63,371 nucleotides of DNA, filler included, from Cercozoa sp. M6MM (GCA_040357565.1; 7 parts of 7 records of this genome joined end to end with filler, not necessarily neighbours in it), one strand, 5' to 3'. Positions 37,701 to 51,099 are shown, counted from the first letter of the whole stretch. Translations and numbers: made by a program. The notes: generated by a model not told the origin, from the sequence alone.

Positions 37701-39871
37701 TACCCACGCGCCAGTTTATACTGCCTGCACACCTCTAAACTGATGTGCTCTCAGGGTGGCTTTTCCGGGTGAAAAAGATGACAAGCTGAACTGCCAGCAA
37801 AATTTCGCCAGCGCGGGCGGAAGCGAGACAGCGGAGATACTGCAAAATGCTCGCCATTTTAAACACTTGGCGCCTGAGAACATTGGTTTCTTGGCCCTTC
37901 AGTTTCTTATTTTTGAAGCTTCTTCAGTTTTTGTTATTTGTTACTCACACTGAGATTTTTGAGCGCAGGTTACTTCCAGGAGAACCGCGCCTACCTCATT
38001 ATTGTGCGGTACGAATGATCATTTTCTTGGCCTGTCAAAAGAACCAAAAACGCCATTATCTTGCAGAAGAGAGCCGCCACCGCCGCAACTCGACGAGGAT
38101 GTCGACTTCTCCAACATTGTAAAATAAATACTTGTTTGGACTCGTGAACTACCCGAGGTTGTTTAGGACCTGGAAGCCCGTGCCCAGTTGCAAGAAACGC
38201 CACGAGCTGCCATCGTGTGGTGGCAGGGCGCTCGTGTGGTACCTCCATTTTTATATTTTCACATCCGCCCGTATGATTGTGCTTGATTGTTTTAGAGAGG
38301 AAGACGCCGATTGATTCTTTTGGGCGAAGTGCGACGCGCAACGTATCTCACTTGAGTGTTGTTTGTCCACACAGTGCATCTTTGGTGTTTTTAGATGCCA
38401 GTTGCAACGTGCGCTGCGAAGCGATTTGCCAGGCGTTCGTCCGATGGACGTCTTTGTTCATCAGGTTAATACTGATAACTTTAACACTTTTAATCGCTTT
38501 AACTTTTTGTTCTGTGCGATAGGGTGAAGAAAGTGCGACTTTCATGCAGCTGTTTGATCCGTTCGGTACAACCTCTGTTGACTGCTTTACGTACCTTGCT
38601 TGCTTTACATTTGACTTTTGATTTATAACAGTGACATGCCGATCGGAGGACTTGCTCAAGGTGACGAAAACCGTGGTTGGCGCCACCGCTTTGCGCAGCT
38701 TTTGGGAGGAGGTACCTTTTCCTTCTGGCTTTGCGTGTGCTTTGCTTTCGATTGTTTCGCTCTGTGCGCCTAGCAAAATAAAAAGGCGCAGAAGCGGCGA
38801 CAACAGTTGTACAAGCCGCGCAAGAAGGGTGCGATAAACTCGCTGTTGTGATTGTTCTAAAGAATACACTGACCGTGTTTGTTGGTGTGCACACAGGTCA
38901 GCGCAAGAAGCGCTACCGTCGTCGCGCTTCGTTTGAAGACGCCGGAATCGGTTTCTCCATCGATGGCACTTTCGCCTACGATGACAGTGGTGCCGTTTGT
39001 GTGCTCATTTGTCCCTTTGTCTGGACCAAGTATGCGTCCAATTTGTGCAGATGAATACGAAAGTGCACGTGCCATGTTTGTCTGCGGCGAGAAACGCTGT
39101 GCGCATGTGCCATTCAGTGTGGTACAGTTGGTTTCTGCCTGTTGCCCTTATCCTTACCCTTGTGCTTTATTTTTTCCTACAGCACTCGCTGCGATCAGAC
39201 GCGGCCTGCGTGGTGTGCGACGAGCGCCGAGTTTTCTTGTGGCTGGGCCGGCACTTCCGCGCAGAGCGACGCGAGGCAGCGTTGCGCGTGGCCAGGCGAC
39301 TGCAGGCCGAGTCGCGCGCGCTGCTGGAGGTGCGCGAGTGCGAGGAGCCGGCGCTCTTCTGGCAGACAGTGCTGAGTCAGGACGCGCAGCTCGCGCGCGT
39401 CATCGACTGCGAGCACTTTGACGAGTGCGTGCAGCGCGATCGACTCTACGCGCACACACTGCCGGCAGTGACGCATCTCCTTGTTGTCAAGCAGTCGGCT
39501 TGCTCGCGACCCAGAGTTCACGTGTACCTGCACGGTATCTCATTCTGTATGCTGTCTAAAAGGATGCTATATTTTCGGTGTGCACAGGCGAGTACTCGCA
39601 GCAGCAGTTGAACCGTCGCGACAGTGCCATCGTGCTGGCCTATGACGTCTCTGGTACGCTGCTGCCGCACGGTGGCACTGTTAGTGGCGTTACGCTGTGG
39701 CATGGCGATCGCGCTGACCAGCAGACGCAGCAGTCGGCGCTTTCGTTGGCGCGTGCGCTGCAGCACGGCGACGCCGCCTGTGACGACGACTCGGTACCGG
39801 TGTCGACCGTCACACGCGGCCAGGAGACGCGCCACTTCCAGGCTGCCTTCCCTGTTGGTGTTTTCTACTGA
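34201..39871 (+). CDS. PH-domain plus gelsolin/villin-repeat protein
   Basis: GWLRKQSTKGKWQQRFFFLL...DIRAWRDAL (PH). Gelsolin repeats: LYSGDVYLVL...HLWLG...QGRESDDF, VFVWVGR...PEGAESPLL, GEESATF, VFLWLG...EEPALFW, TRGQETRHFQAAF. Confidence 0.85.
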
Positions 39872-40096
39872 TCGTTCTCGGCGCTGTTCGGCGTCGGCGC
39901 GGTCGGAAATGTGTTTGTGTTTGCGCCATAATTTTGAACCGACCGAACATGCGACGGATGCAACGCAAAATTTGTTCGGGTTTCGCTTCGCTTGTTTAAC
40001 TTTTGACACGAGTTATTGACTTATGTTAATATAACTGAAAATTGTATGTGAGTCGAGTAAAAGTAACGTTAAACTGAAGTGGTAAAGGCGGGTCGG

Positions 40097-42638
40097 TCAA
40101 AGCGCAGAGAACATAGCGTCGAGTGAGTTGGCGTCCTCCTTGCTCTCGATGACGAAAGCGCTAGCGGCACTCTGCGGCGATGGCGTCTCGCTTGACGAGG
40201 TGACGTCCGTATTGGCCTTGTCCTGTATCAGGTCGAACGGCAGCAGGTCGCACGGCGTGAGCTGTGTTGCCGACATATACAATCATCAAGCTGAAGGAAG
40301 GTCGGGGGACGGAAGAATACCTCAGCACGGTCGTTAGAGGGACGGAAGGCGTCGAAGACTGGAATGCGTGCCTCGCGCTCAAGCGCCTCGAGTCGTCGCA
40401 GTTGGTCGAGTCGCACCGTGCCATAGCGAGCGTCGCGCTGTGTTGTGCTGTTGTGGTGCTGCGTGCGCTTGCGCTGCCGCACCTGGTCGCGCAGTCGCTG
40501 CAGCTCGAGTTCTTCTTGCTGTTTCTGCATCTTCTTCTGCCGCAGCAGGCGCTGTCGCTTGCTGAGTCGACCCTCAGCGGCCTCGTCGGCAACAGCAACA
40601 ACACTCTTCCGCGTGTGTTGTGGCTGCAGTTGTGCCACTCGGTGCTGTCGAAGCTGCTGCTGCAGCATTCGGTGGTACGCCTGGTTGCTGCTGCTGCCAA
40701 TACTGGCAGGTCCACGCAGCATCGGCACAAAGCTCCGCAACGGCACCAGTCCGGCCACGGCACGCTGTGCGACAAGGCAGGGTACAGGTGAGGCGGCACA
40801 ACTCGACGAAGGTGACAAGTACCCTGGTAGCCACGACGCCGCCGTAGGAACGATCCAGTGTCGTCACCAGTTCAGTGTTCTTTGCCTGTATGGAGAGGTA
40901 ATGGAAGGAGGGTAAGGTGGTGGAGAGACAAGGCTACCGCCCACATCTGCAGCGATGCCTCCTCGGAATTGGCGAGTGCACGCGTCATTTTCACCTGCAG
41001 CTGTGTATGCCCGAGCGAGTCGCTCAGCTTTTGCGCACGCGTCTTCAGTGCCGACTCGTGCACGTGCAGCAAGTCTCGCAGACTTTCCGTCCTGGGGGTA
41101 GAGGTAGGGTAGAAGGTGAAGTGGGGGTTGAGACTGGAGTAAAGCCTTACTGTTGCCCCGACACGAGCGACGCCTGCACCAGCAGCGCTAGCGGATTGCC
41201 CGCGGAAGCGTCTTCCGTGATTCGACGACGTTTCGCGGCAGGTTCGTCCGCCGAGGCCTTCTGGAAGAAGGAGAGGTGGACAAGGGAAGGGTAGAGATAA
41301 AGAGGGTTCTAAGGGTAAGGGGCAGATATAGAGGGAGGGGGCTACCTCGATCGTGGAAACCGACGTTGGCGGCGACGTTTCAAGTGCGCGTTTTGCCGGC
41401 AGCGCCGTTGCTTTCACCGCACTTTCCTTGTCTTCCGTGCTCTCCTTGTCTTTGTTATTTTCCTTGACCCTGTTATTTTCCTTGTCCTTGTTGCTTTCGT
41501 TGTGGCTTTCTTCGTTTCCAGATTCATTGTTCTCGTGGCTGCTTGCATCCGCGTTGTGTTCGTCTCTAATTAGAGTCGTTGCGTTCTCGGCGCTCGCATC
41601 CTTTCGGTGTAACTTGTCTTCTTCACCATCGTCTGCCATCTTGTCGCCCTTCTCGTTCTCCTTCTTCTCGTTCTTCTCCTCGAACTCTTTCTCCTCAAAC
41701 TCTTCCCCTTCCTCCTCGAACTCTTCCTCAGACTCTTCCTCCTCGGACTCTTCTTCCTCAGACTCTTTTTCCGCGGATTCTTCCTCCAAGTAAACGTTGG
41801 GTCGCGGCGGCAGCATCAATGATCCTCTCAGAGACAAGCGAGGTCGACGCCGGACTTTGCTCATGAGTGTCACTCCTTGCTTCGTTGTGACTTGTTGCTC
41901 CAGCGCACGGGCGAAGCTATCGTCTTGGTTGCTTGTGCTCGCTGCAATCTTCTCATGCTCCTGCCTTCGTTCCTGCTTCAGCTCCTGTTTTGGCTCTTGC
42001 TTCAGCTCCGGACCCAGCTCTAGCTTCGGCTCCAGCTTCAGCTCTTGCTTTGGCTCCTCCTGTGGCTCTTGCTTCAACTCTTGCTCTCGCTCCGGCTTTC
42101 GCGTTTGTTGGAGCTCAAACGAGTTATTCCGCAGCTTGTCGCACTGGACAACAAAGTAGAGGCATACGTTGTTCTTTATGCGAACAGAAGAGAAAGAGAA
42201 AAGAGCTACCAACGCAGAGTGCGGAGCATACGTAAACACAGTGAGCCGATGATTCAGCTTTATCGCTCCCCTTTCGTTCTCCTTTTCGATGGCGACGCAC
42301 GCTTTCGCAACCTCGAGTGGAATGCGACGCACCTATTTCAGTGAACAGTGAACTGTCAAAGCGCATAAAAGCCCAGCGAGGGGAGAGAGACAGAAGAGCT
42401 ACGATGATTTTCAAGTGAACGCAGCGTGTTGCTTTAAAGCTCGCGCTGCAGAAACACAGGTGAGCACAAATGAGCATAGCTGAGCAGAGTTTTCAAAAGC
42501 AAACGAGATGCAAAATCGTCTACCTCGCAGCGGCGTTTGGTGCCGGAGAGAACTGCATTTCTTCCGGGATTCCAACGCGTGTGGTCTTGGTCACAGTCAT
42601 GTTGCATGCTATTACAGCACACTTGAACGTTGCTTTTG

Positions 42639-42684
<46 letters not shown>

Positions 42685-43100
42685 AAGAAAGGTACCGGAA
42701 CTCTCGACGAATTGTACGTTTACGTTGCGCTTGCGCAGTAGCGTGAACTTGAGCACATCATCGAGCAACTCGACTCGCCAGTGCTGACGCGAAAAGCGAT
42801 GCGCCGCCTTGAGCCACCGCTCGTTCAGCAGCACATCCAACAATTCTGCAAACAGTCGACATTATCGACCCAAAGCGCCAAGAAAGAGAGTAAGAGCCTC
42901 ACGAAACAAGCGCGCGGAATGCGACGCGTCTGCCGGCTTTTGCCTCCCGATCACAACTGTTTCACCCGGGCAGATACGAAAATACGCCCGGTCAAAGATA
43001 CGCGTGTCCTCCGACTCGAACTGGAGCTCCACCTGGTGCGCCAAACGGAATTTGACACATCTTGCGAAATGACGAAAAAACCACAAAAACACACCTCCAT
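40097..43100 (-). CDS. FHA-domain protein with long acidic/disordered region
   Basis: GETVVIGRQ...HRFSRQHWRVE (FHA GR and SRxH motifs); KQE repeats; Glu-rich tract; coiled C-terminus. Confidence 0.6.
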
Positions 43101-43462
43101 GCCTGCCGACCGAGTAATCTCTCAAGCTGGATCTTGCCCGACTCGGGTCTCGGTCCACTATAATCTCGCCCAAAAGTGGGTCTCGCCTTAGCCGGATCTC
43201 TTCCGACTCGGATCTCGCGGTCTCCCGAGCAAGCCGAAAGGTCAAAAGATGATTGACAGCCCAGCCCGGCCTCGTGTGAGATCCAGCGATGTTTCCTAAG
43301 ATGCGGGATTGCTTGCGCCCACGTGCTCGGTGACAAAGATGTCTTTGGGAGAGTAGCCTTCTATCGGTACAAGTTGTATCTTAAATGACCAATAAAAAAT
43401 TTTGTCGGGGCCGACTTATGCACTCGCGGGTACAGGACCGTACAATGCACTTCTTGATTTGA

Positions 43463-43734
43463 CTGCCTTGGCAGGTTGGTGCTTTAGTGAGAGGACTTGT
43501 CAGTAGCGTAGGTTTCATGCGCTTCTAGGATGACAAGGCAATCCGAGTGCCGTACAGACGTATTCCAGCTCCTGCGCACGGCAGTTTTCTTCGGGTCAGG
43601 ACGAGCTACCACTTTAACTTTTTAACGGGGGATAGCGAAGCAAGTTAAAGCTACTGGCGGATCCAGCCAAGGCTGTATTCTGTCAACTGCCAGTGCAGGA
43701 AGTTTCATTTCAAAAAGCCCAAAGCTCAAGGCAG
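43463..43734 (+). ncRNA. Candidate structured RNA (long closing stem plus four hairpins), family unknown
   Basis: Complementary segments found by eye (listed in findings); G-U pairs favour the + strand; no ORF here. Confidence 0.4.
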
Positions 43735-44582
43735 ACTTTGCCAGTCGAGTTCAAAGATGGGGAGGCGCCAGGAGCATATGTGATCCGTTGATCTACAGGA
43801 ACGTCCAACCGTCCGACATTAGTTTCAGTGGTGTTTCTGCACACCGGTAAGACAGATAGACAGCATAAACTTATTTACTTCACGGTTGTCAATAAATATA
43901 AACTAATGCACCAAGGTCCTTTCCGAAGGTAAGAACACGGCGGGGAACAACGTGCGTGTCTTCCTTGATGGGCTATGTAAATTGGCCAGGGTTTAATGTG
44001 CTCCTTTGCTAGACACTCAAGAAGCGTTTCACGTTACCCAACAAGCAATATTGTGTTCAACACCGTCGTGCTCAACGAGCTGCAGCATCATCGGCTCGCG
44101 CACCTCCCTGTGCACGTGCACGTGAAGATAGCTAGTAAGAGCGCTGCTGGCGGAGCTTTAAGGTTCATTTGGTGGTGGACTACCAAGGGATCAGGACGTC
44201 ACACACCACGGCGTGCTGTCCACCGTGCTTGTGCGACAGACTTTGCAGTTTCAAGGTGGCTAACGCACTCTCATGGTCAGCAAACAAAAACAAGGAGTCC
44301 TCGTGAAGCCGGTTCTCCGCACACGAAAACGCCAAGATTAAGTTTATATGACTGAAAAAGGCCAAGCAACGCAAACTTATATACCTTGTTGACGAGTTTA
44401 GCACGGCCGCAGCAATCCGTCCTGTTGTTTAAAGACAACACCATTGGAGCTAAGACGCACACATAATGGAGTTTCGCGCGAAATTACCAATGCGGCAGCC
44501 ACACTGCGACTCTTCGATGGTACATGGGTTCACCTCCAAGTAGGTCGGACTCTTCGCATCTAAGTTAAGATGATTTATTTTA

Positions 44583-44618
<36 letters not shown>

Positions 44619-44861
44619 TGACACGGCGGTGGCGGCCAAGGATGCCGTGNNNNNNNNNNNNNNNNNNNNNNNNNNNNNNNNNNNNNNNNNNNNTTAATTA
44701 ATTAANNNNNNNNNNNNNNNNNNNNNNNNNNNNNNNNNNNNNNNNNNNNCTCTTTTGCACTACCAAAGCCTCAATTTCTGAAAGGCTGCGGTAACAGATA
44801 CCTCTCGGATCATTTGTTCTGCTGCATGAGCGTTGTACTGAACTAAGTAACTAACGCGGAG

Positions 44862-47121
44862 TCACTTCTTGCGGCGACGGCGCTTCTTCTTGGCAGGCTC
44901 TCCAACAGCCGCGCTCTTGTTCGAAGCCGCGGCATCTTGTTTCTTGGTTGACTGTTGCTGCTGCTCACGCGAACGTTTCTTCTTGTTCTTGTTCTTGTTG
45001 GCGTTGACCTTGTCGATCGGCTGCCGCGCGTCTTGCTGCTTCTTGGCCGGAGCCGGCTGAGATTGCTGCTTCTGCTTCGGGCCCTGTTCAGCAAGCAGAC
45101 GCTTACGCTCCAGTTCGACGTGCTTGACGGCACGTTGCCGAATGCCGTGCTGCATGCGCTCGTAGAGACGCTTCTTTTTGCCCGTGAGCATGGTCGTTCT
45201 CATGCGCTCCTCGTCCGTCATCTGTCAAGGTAGGAGGCAGGATGAGACCGTCACAGCATGCACAGCGAGAAGCATACCTTGTGCGCAGTACGCAGGCGCT
45301 CGACATCACCAGCCTCTTCCTCTACCTTTTGCGGTTGCTCGCCGTCGCTGTTGACCCAGTCGCTGACCTCTTGGCCTTGCTCCTGACGCAACTCCTTCTG
45401 GTACTGCTTCAACGCCTTCTCGGCCGCCACTTCATCGATGCGGGCCGCAGCTGCCGCTGCCTGTTCTCGCACACAGACACATATAACACCCAAGAGTCAT
45501 AATATTGCTCAAGTAACGTGAGCATGCGGAGGTACCTCTGCGGCCGCAGCACGAGCGCGAGCATCGATGGCACCAACCTGTACACGCAGAATCATTTGTG
45601 GAAACGCATCAACATCTCACACCATGTGGAGTTAGGGTTAAACGAGCAACAGGTCAGGGTTAAAAAGCTTCGTAACTCTCACAGAAGATCGAGAAGAAAT
45701 TGTTTCATCATTCGCAGTTGCACAATCCCACAAAGAACATAAGTCTAAAGTTACGGTGTCTTCGTCGACTTCGAAACCGGATCCGCCGCGCGCCCACTGC
45801 ACGTAGGAGAAGGATGAAATAAAGATAAACACAGCGACACAAGAGGGTTACTCTCCCCCCGCAGATAAGCACAAGCCAAAGCGTACATTCTCGAGCACAC
45901 GGCGTTGTCGCGGCACGTAGCCGTTAGCAACATCATCGACGAAGGGCGACAGGTGCGGCGGGCAACGCTGACCGGGCGCGTAGGGCGTCACCGGCAGCAC
46001 CTATACTTGCATGCACGTGTTCATATGGATACAGACATTGATGATATAGACAATAGACGTACCGCGTTCATGTTAAGGCAGTCAAAAACCCACTGCGGCT
46101 GCACGTACTCCCTGGTCTCGAGCTTGTTCTGACAATACAAGACAGACATTGACTAGTTAGGACAGTGTGTATCACAAGAGACGGTGTGTTTGTGTACCAG
46201 GATGGTGGGTCGGTCAGTGATTTCGTGCGTGATCGACGTGTCGTTGTCGTACTTGTCGCGCGCGTCGCCAGGCCGCTCTAGCACAACCTTGGCGCCCATG
46301 CACATCAGAATAAACTCCAGGATGTCCTAATAGCACATACGCAGCGTTGTACAGATACACACATACACGAGATGTGAGTGAGGAGACGCACCTGCGGCAC
46401 CTCGCGACGCAGCAGCACCGTGTACTGCCGGAACAGCGACTTGCGCGACTGTGCCAGGCGTGCGCGAAGGTCCTATGCATACACATGACATGTGTACCAT
46501 ATATATATATATATATATATATATAAGTAAAACGTAGCTACCTCCTGCTTCTTCTCTTCGCCCTCGTCGGCGTCCTGCATGCGATCGGCGGCATCTTCGC
46601 CGTCGCCGCTGGCCAGCGAGCGGAAGGTAGCGGCGTCGTCGGCGTGTTCCTCGACGTGTTCCTCCTCGGCCTGCTCGTCGGTGTCCTCGTTCTTCTTGAG
46701 CGTGGCCACAACGGCATCCACCACACTTTGCCTTTTGGCCTTGCCTGTCATGACACAACATACCCAATACACACGCACACAGATGTCACACATGCGCAAG
46801 ATACTCATCTCGTCTTCAATCGAAGCTTCCGTGTCCTCGGCGTCATCCGCGCGGACGCCAGTACCGGCCGCGGTCTGCTTGGGCACAGCGCGCATCGCCG
46901 TCAGGTGCTCGCCCTGCGCCTCCTGTTCGCGCAGCAGCACCGGCGGGTACTGCAGTCTGCAAAGTTCCATCGTACAAATGTATATATATATATATATATA
47001 TATCGTGTGCATATACAAGGCTGCAGAGTGAAAGTACCCGACGTCGTGGTACAGCTTGAAGTGCACGAAACCGATCATGGTCAGGTAGAACTCCAAAAAG
47101 GTTTGCATCACGCGGTAGTCC
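44862..47121 (-). CDS. PES1: Pescadillo/Nop7 (N-terminal part absent)
   Basis: DYRVMQTFLEFY...VHFKLYH...LQYPP; BRCT region LRREVP...ITHEITDRP...REYVQPQWVFDCLN...PPHLSPFVD; MLTGKKKRLYERMQHG. Confidence 0.93.
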
Positions 47122-47155
47122 TGCTCGCCACAATGCTCATGCAGTGCGTGCGTGC

Positions 47156-47218
<63 letters not shown>

Positions 47219-48139
47219 GTCCTTTTGATGGCGCAAGTGCAGGTGTCTTGAAACGGACACTACCTCCTCGGTTATGGAAGGATCGCATGCCTTTGCTGCG
47301 CCGGAGATTCTTCTTGGTTCAGATGAGGTATTGCGTGCGATGTGATTTTCTAGTTGGTTAGCTATGTGCGTATGCGTGTGTGGTTTTGTAGGTGCACGGT
47401 GAGAGGCAAGACTTGTGGTCGATGGGCTGCACACTGTATTTGCTCGCCACCGGGAAGGTGTGTCGTTGTCGCTGTGCCTGTGCACTTTGGACCGCTGTAT
47501 GTGCACATCTTTTTTGATAGGTTCCGTTCCACGGCTCTTCGCTCTACTCGCTGTTCTCTGCAATCACTGCGGGTAGAGTCAGCTATAGTTTAACTACCGT
47601 GTGTATAGAAGACATCTGCTTTTTTGTGTATAGGCAAGGTGCAAGTGCCGTCTCGTTTGTCACCTGCACTGAGACAGTTGGTGCGTGGTTTGCTCACACC
47701 AAGAGCTGCGCAAAGGGTACGCTCCACTTAATTGACACTTTTCCACTTGTGAGACAGTCTGTCGTGTTGTTTGCAGTGGACTCTCAATGATGTGCGAAGG
47801 TGCGCGTGGATGCGCGGGCATTACAATCTTTCGTCGCCGCCCCTGCTACCGTTGCCGTTGGCGACACAGGAAGCGACGTCTCGGACAATATATGGCGACC
47901 GTCGAATGCTTCAGGGCTCCGATATATTGGACACGAGGCAGCTTACGTATCACCAGCACTGACGTAACATGATGCAGTATCCGGTGTAGTCGTCACGGGA
48001 ACGCTCCGCTCACCACCGCACACGCACGCACGCGATTGATTGACGCCGTGAACAACATAGCTTTACCCAATTGGACCGGACTTAGTCACCCATGGTCTGG
48101 TGGTAAGCGGCTGTTACCGCAGCCCTCTCACGTCAGATA

Positions 48140-48500
48140 GGGATCAGGCCTTGGTAAATTGAGGGTACTTTGCCGTGCCAGTGATACAAAAAAAAAAAAC
48201 TGAGGAACGTAAGAAAGTCTGTTCTTGGAGGGAGAGTGGCCGAGTGTCAGTTGAAAGAGTGAGTAGTAAAGAAAAGAAGAAGGGCCTCTGGAAAAGCAGA
48301 GGACGGGTAGAAACGGAGACAACTGGTCCTGGAGAGATCAGATTACCAGGTCGAGAGAGCCCTTCTTTGAGTTCAGCTGCAAAAAGCTTGCTCAAGGCGT
48401 CCCTACTCAAACACAGGTGTTCCACAGTCTGGACTGAAGCTCTCAGTAGGTCAGGATAGATATACCAGCGAACACACGTCAAAATCTTCCACCTCTCTTG
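48140..48500 (-). mobile_element. Possible degraded LINE ORF2 3' end
   Basis: QTVEHLCL resembles the ETxxHLxxxC zinc-knuckle tail of L1/Tx1 ORF2; nothing else supports it. Confidence 0.2.
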
Positions 48501-49408
48501 AGGATTTTAGTAAGTTGTAGGGTTGCTTCCGCGCGGATACAGTAGCTCATGCTGTACTCCCGTCCGCTCGGCCGACTCCAGTACATGCTCCGCTCCGCGC
48601 CGGAAGCACACATCAGAGTCATACCTGTTTGAGCAGCTCGAAGCTGCTCCAGAAAACAGCCGTCATACCTGGATATCAGGTAGATACTGAGCTAGTTGGC
48701 ACCAAAGCAACTGACTTGCTCTATCTTGAGCAGGCGAGAGGGTTTTGTTTTGGTATTCTTTAAATTTACGAGAACCTCTTCACTCTCAACTGCACTGTAA
48801 CGACGGCCTACCTTGGGGTAACCTCCTTCTGATATCTTTCAGTGAACTTATTCTGATATCTTTCAGTTTATTGAGACGTCGGACGAACACTAACTTCCTT
48901 TAGTCGTTGTTGTCTCTAAGATGCATTTTCAATCTCGCAACAGTGACGTCGCGTCAACTATGCAGCTGGTCGAGGTGGGGTGTGGCCATGGAAACGATTC
49001 GGGGTAGATACGAATACTAGCGTAGTAAATAAACGATTAACGGGACCAATACTGTAATCAGGTTCGTTCATAATCACAGGCCGGCGTGGCAGTTTGAGTT
49101 CACGCCAGTTTAAAAATACAGCTTTAGTATAACGCCCGTCTGCTAATTGGATTGTGTACTAATACCGAGACGGCCAATTTAAGTACCACCGCCGACGGCG
49201 CTGCGTGGGGACGGGGGGCGGTGAATTGGAGGCGATAGGGCTCTGCGATGGTGGATGTGGCATACGATAAAGTAGTAGACAGGTTCATATCGGAATGAAG
49301 AAACAAACGAAAACTACCTTTTCGTGTCCGCGTCAGCCCAGCCAGGTCAAAAATGAATGCTCAAGTCGTCTTAAAAGGCGGTGCGAACTCATACGATCCA
49401 CATACGAT

Positions 49409-49552
<144 letters not shown>

Positions 49553-49711
49553 NNNNNNNNNNNNNNNNNNNNNNNNNNNNNNNNNNNNNNNNNNNNTTAA
49601 TTAATTAANNNNNNNNNNNNNNNNNNNNNNNNNNNNNNNNNNNNNNNNNNNNCCCCCTTACCAAAAACCAAGCCCCCTAAACAAAAACCAAGGCCTCTTA
49701 ACAAGCCTGTA

Positions 49712-50720
49712 CCCGTTGTAGTCACGCTCGAAACCGCTGTTGCTGCGGAAGGAGCGCGCTGTGTTCACATGGGAGGTAAAGAGGGTAAAGGGGGTAAAGG
49801 GGGGGGGGGTAAAGTGGAAGGGGGGTAAAGGGGGGTGTAAAGAGGGAGGTAGGGGGGGGGGGGTAAAGTGGGGGGTAAAAACGTACTGCGAGCCCTGGTG
49901 CCGCTGCCGCCGCCGATGCCGGCGAAGCGTTCGCGAACGTTGGCGGCGCCAGCGCGCGCCTCTTCGATCGCCGCGTCGTCCGACAGAAGCTTTAGCACAC
50001 TCGTCGCCTTCCTGCGCACGTCGCCTGCCGGGGGGGGGGGGGGGGGTAAAGGGGATATACGGGGGTAAGGGAGGGGTAAACTACCGCCAATGTCGGCGCC
50101 CTCCTTGATGTAGCGGTATTTTTGGAGTCGTTCGACCGCCTTGCTGCGCGCTCGCACCTGTCACATCCGGTGTCATTTATGCCCCCCTCCTTACCCCCCC
50201 CCCCCCGTTAAAGAGAAGGATACATCGCGGATGAAACGCGGTGCACCGTGCCTCACCAAGTAGTCCACTGCACAAGGGGGGTAAGAGGGGTGAAAGGGAA
50301 TAAAGAAGGGTAATAGGGTAAGGGGTAGGAGGGGTAAAGAACGACAAAGGACCCACCTAGGTGCAGCGCCTTAAGCACGTGCCGCAAGTGCTGATAATCG
50401 TTCAGTCGCTTCCACAGCATCGCGAACATCCGCGCGTACGACTGCAGAAACACACGCACAAACAAATGCGACAGTACAAGAAATAACAACAAGAAACAAC
50501 AACCCTCCTCCAGGTGAAACGGCAGGGAGAAACGCCACCTCGCGATCGTAGCTGTCATCGGCGATCTGCGCCAACAGCGACGTCGGCGCGCCCCAGGTGT
50601 CGTTGCACGTCGCATCACGCACACGCACCTGCACACAGCACACACAGACGAGTTGGCACCACAGAACACACCGCAGCAAGACGCTGCACCTCTACGGCCT
50701 CGTACGAGAGCACATTGTTT
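49712..50720 (-). CDS. Epsin/ENTH-domain protein (partial)
   Basis: YEAVEVRVRDATCNDTWGAPTSLLAQIA...MLWKRLND...RHVLKALHLVDYLVRHG...YIKEGADIGGDVRRKA...LLSD. Confidence 0.93.
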
Positions 50721-51099
50721 TTCCTACAGAGAGAAACGCGGTAAATACAACAACCCCGGAGGAAAAACGGAAAAACAAAAGCAGCGATCGCGCCTCTCGT
50801 GCGATTTAAGGCATCTAGACACGCCAAAAACCCAACAAGCAGCACGTGGCGCACACTGGCTCTGCCGGCTGGAAGCTAGCACAAAACCCCTCTGTCCCAC
50901 ACTGCACGACGAGAACCTACAGCTTGCGCAGAGCCGACTTCATTGTGATCACACTGGAATGCCAGATTCAGACTCGCTAGTAGCTGCATGTTGCTCGTGA
51001 GAACAAGTCGATTAAGGGTACCACTTCGGGAATTTGGGCTTTCAAGTTGAACAAGAAGTTGATCATTCGAGTGTCGATAGTCCGCGTTTGTGTGGCCAG

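Noticed and set aside
37430-38520. Possible insertion inside the gelsolin gene
   Set aside because: Resolves into further GT-AG-bounded exons (e.g. GYFQENRAYLII).
49770-49885. GGGGTAAA tracts as telomeric repeats
   Set aside because: Irregular, intronic and oriented by gene strand rather than by chromosome end.
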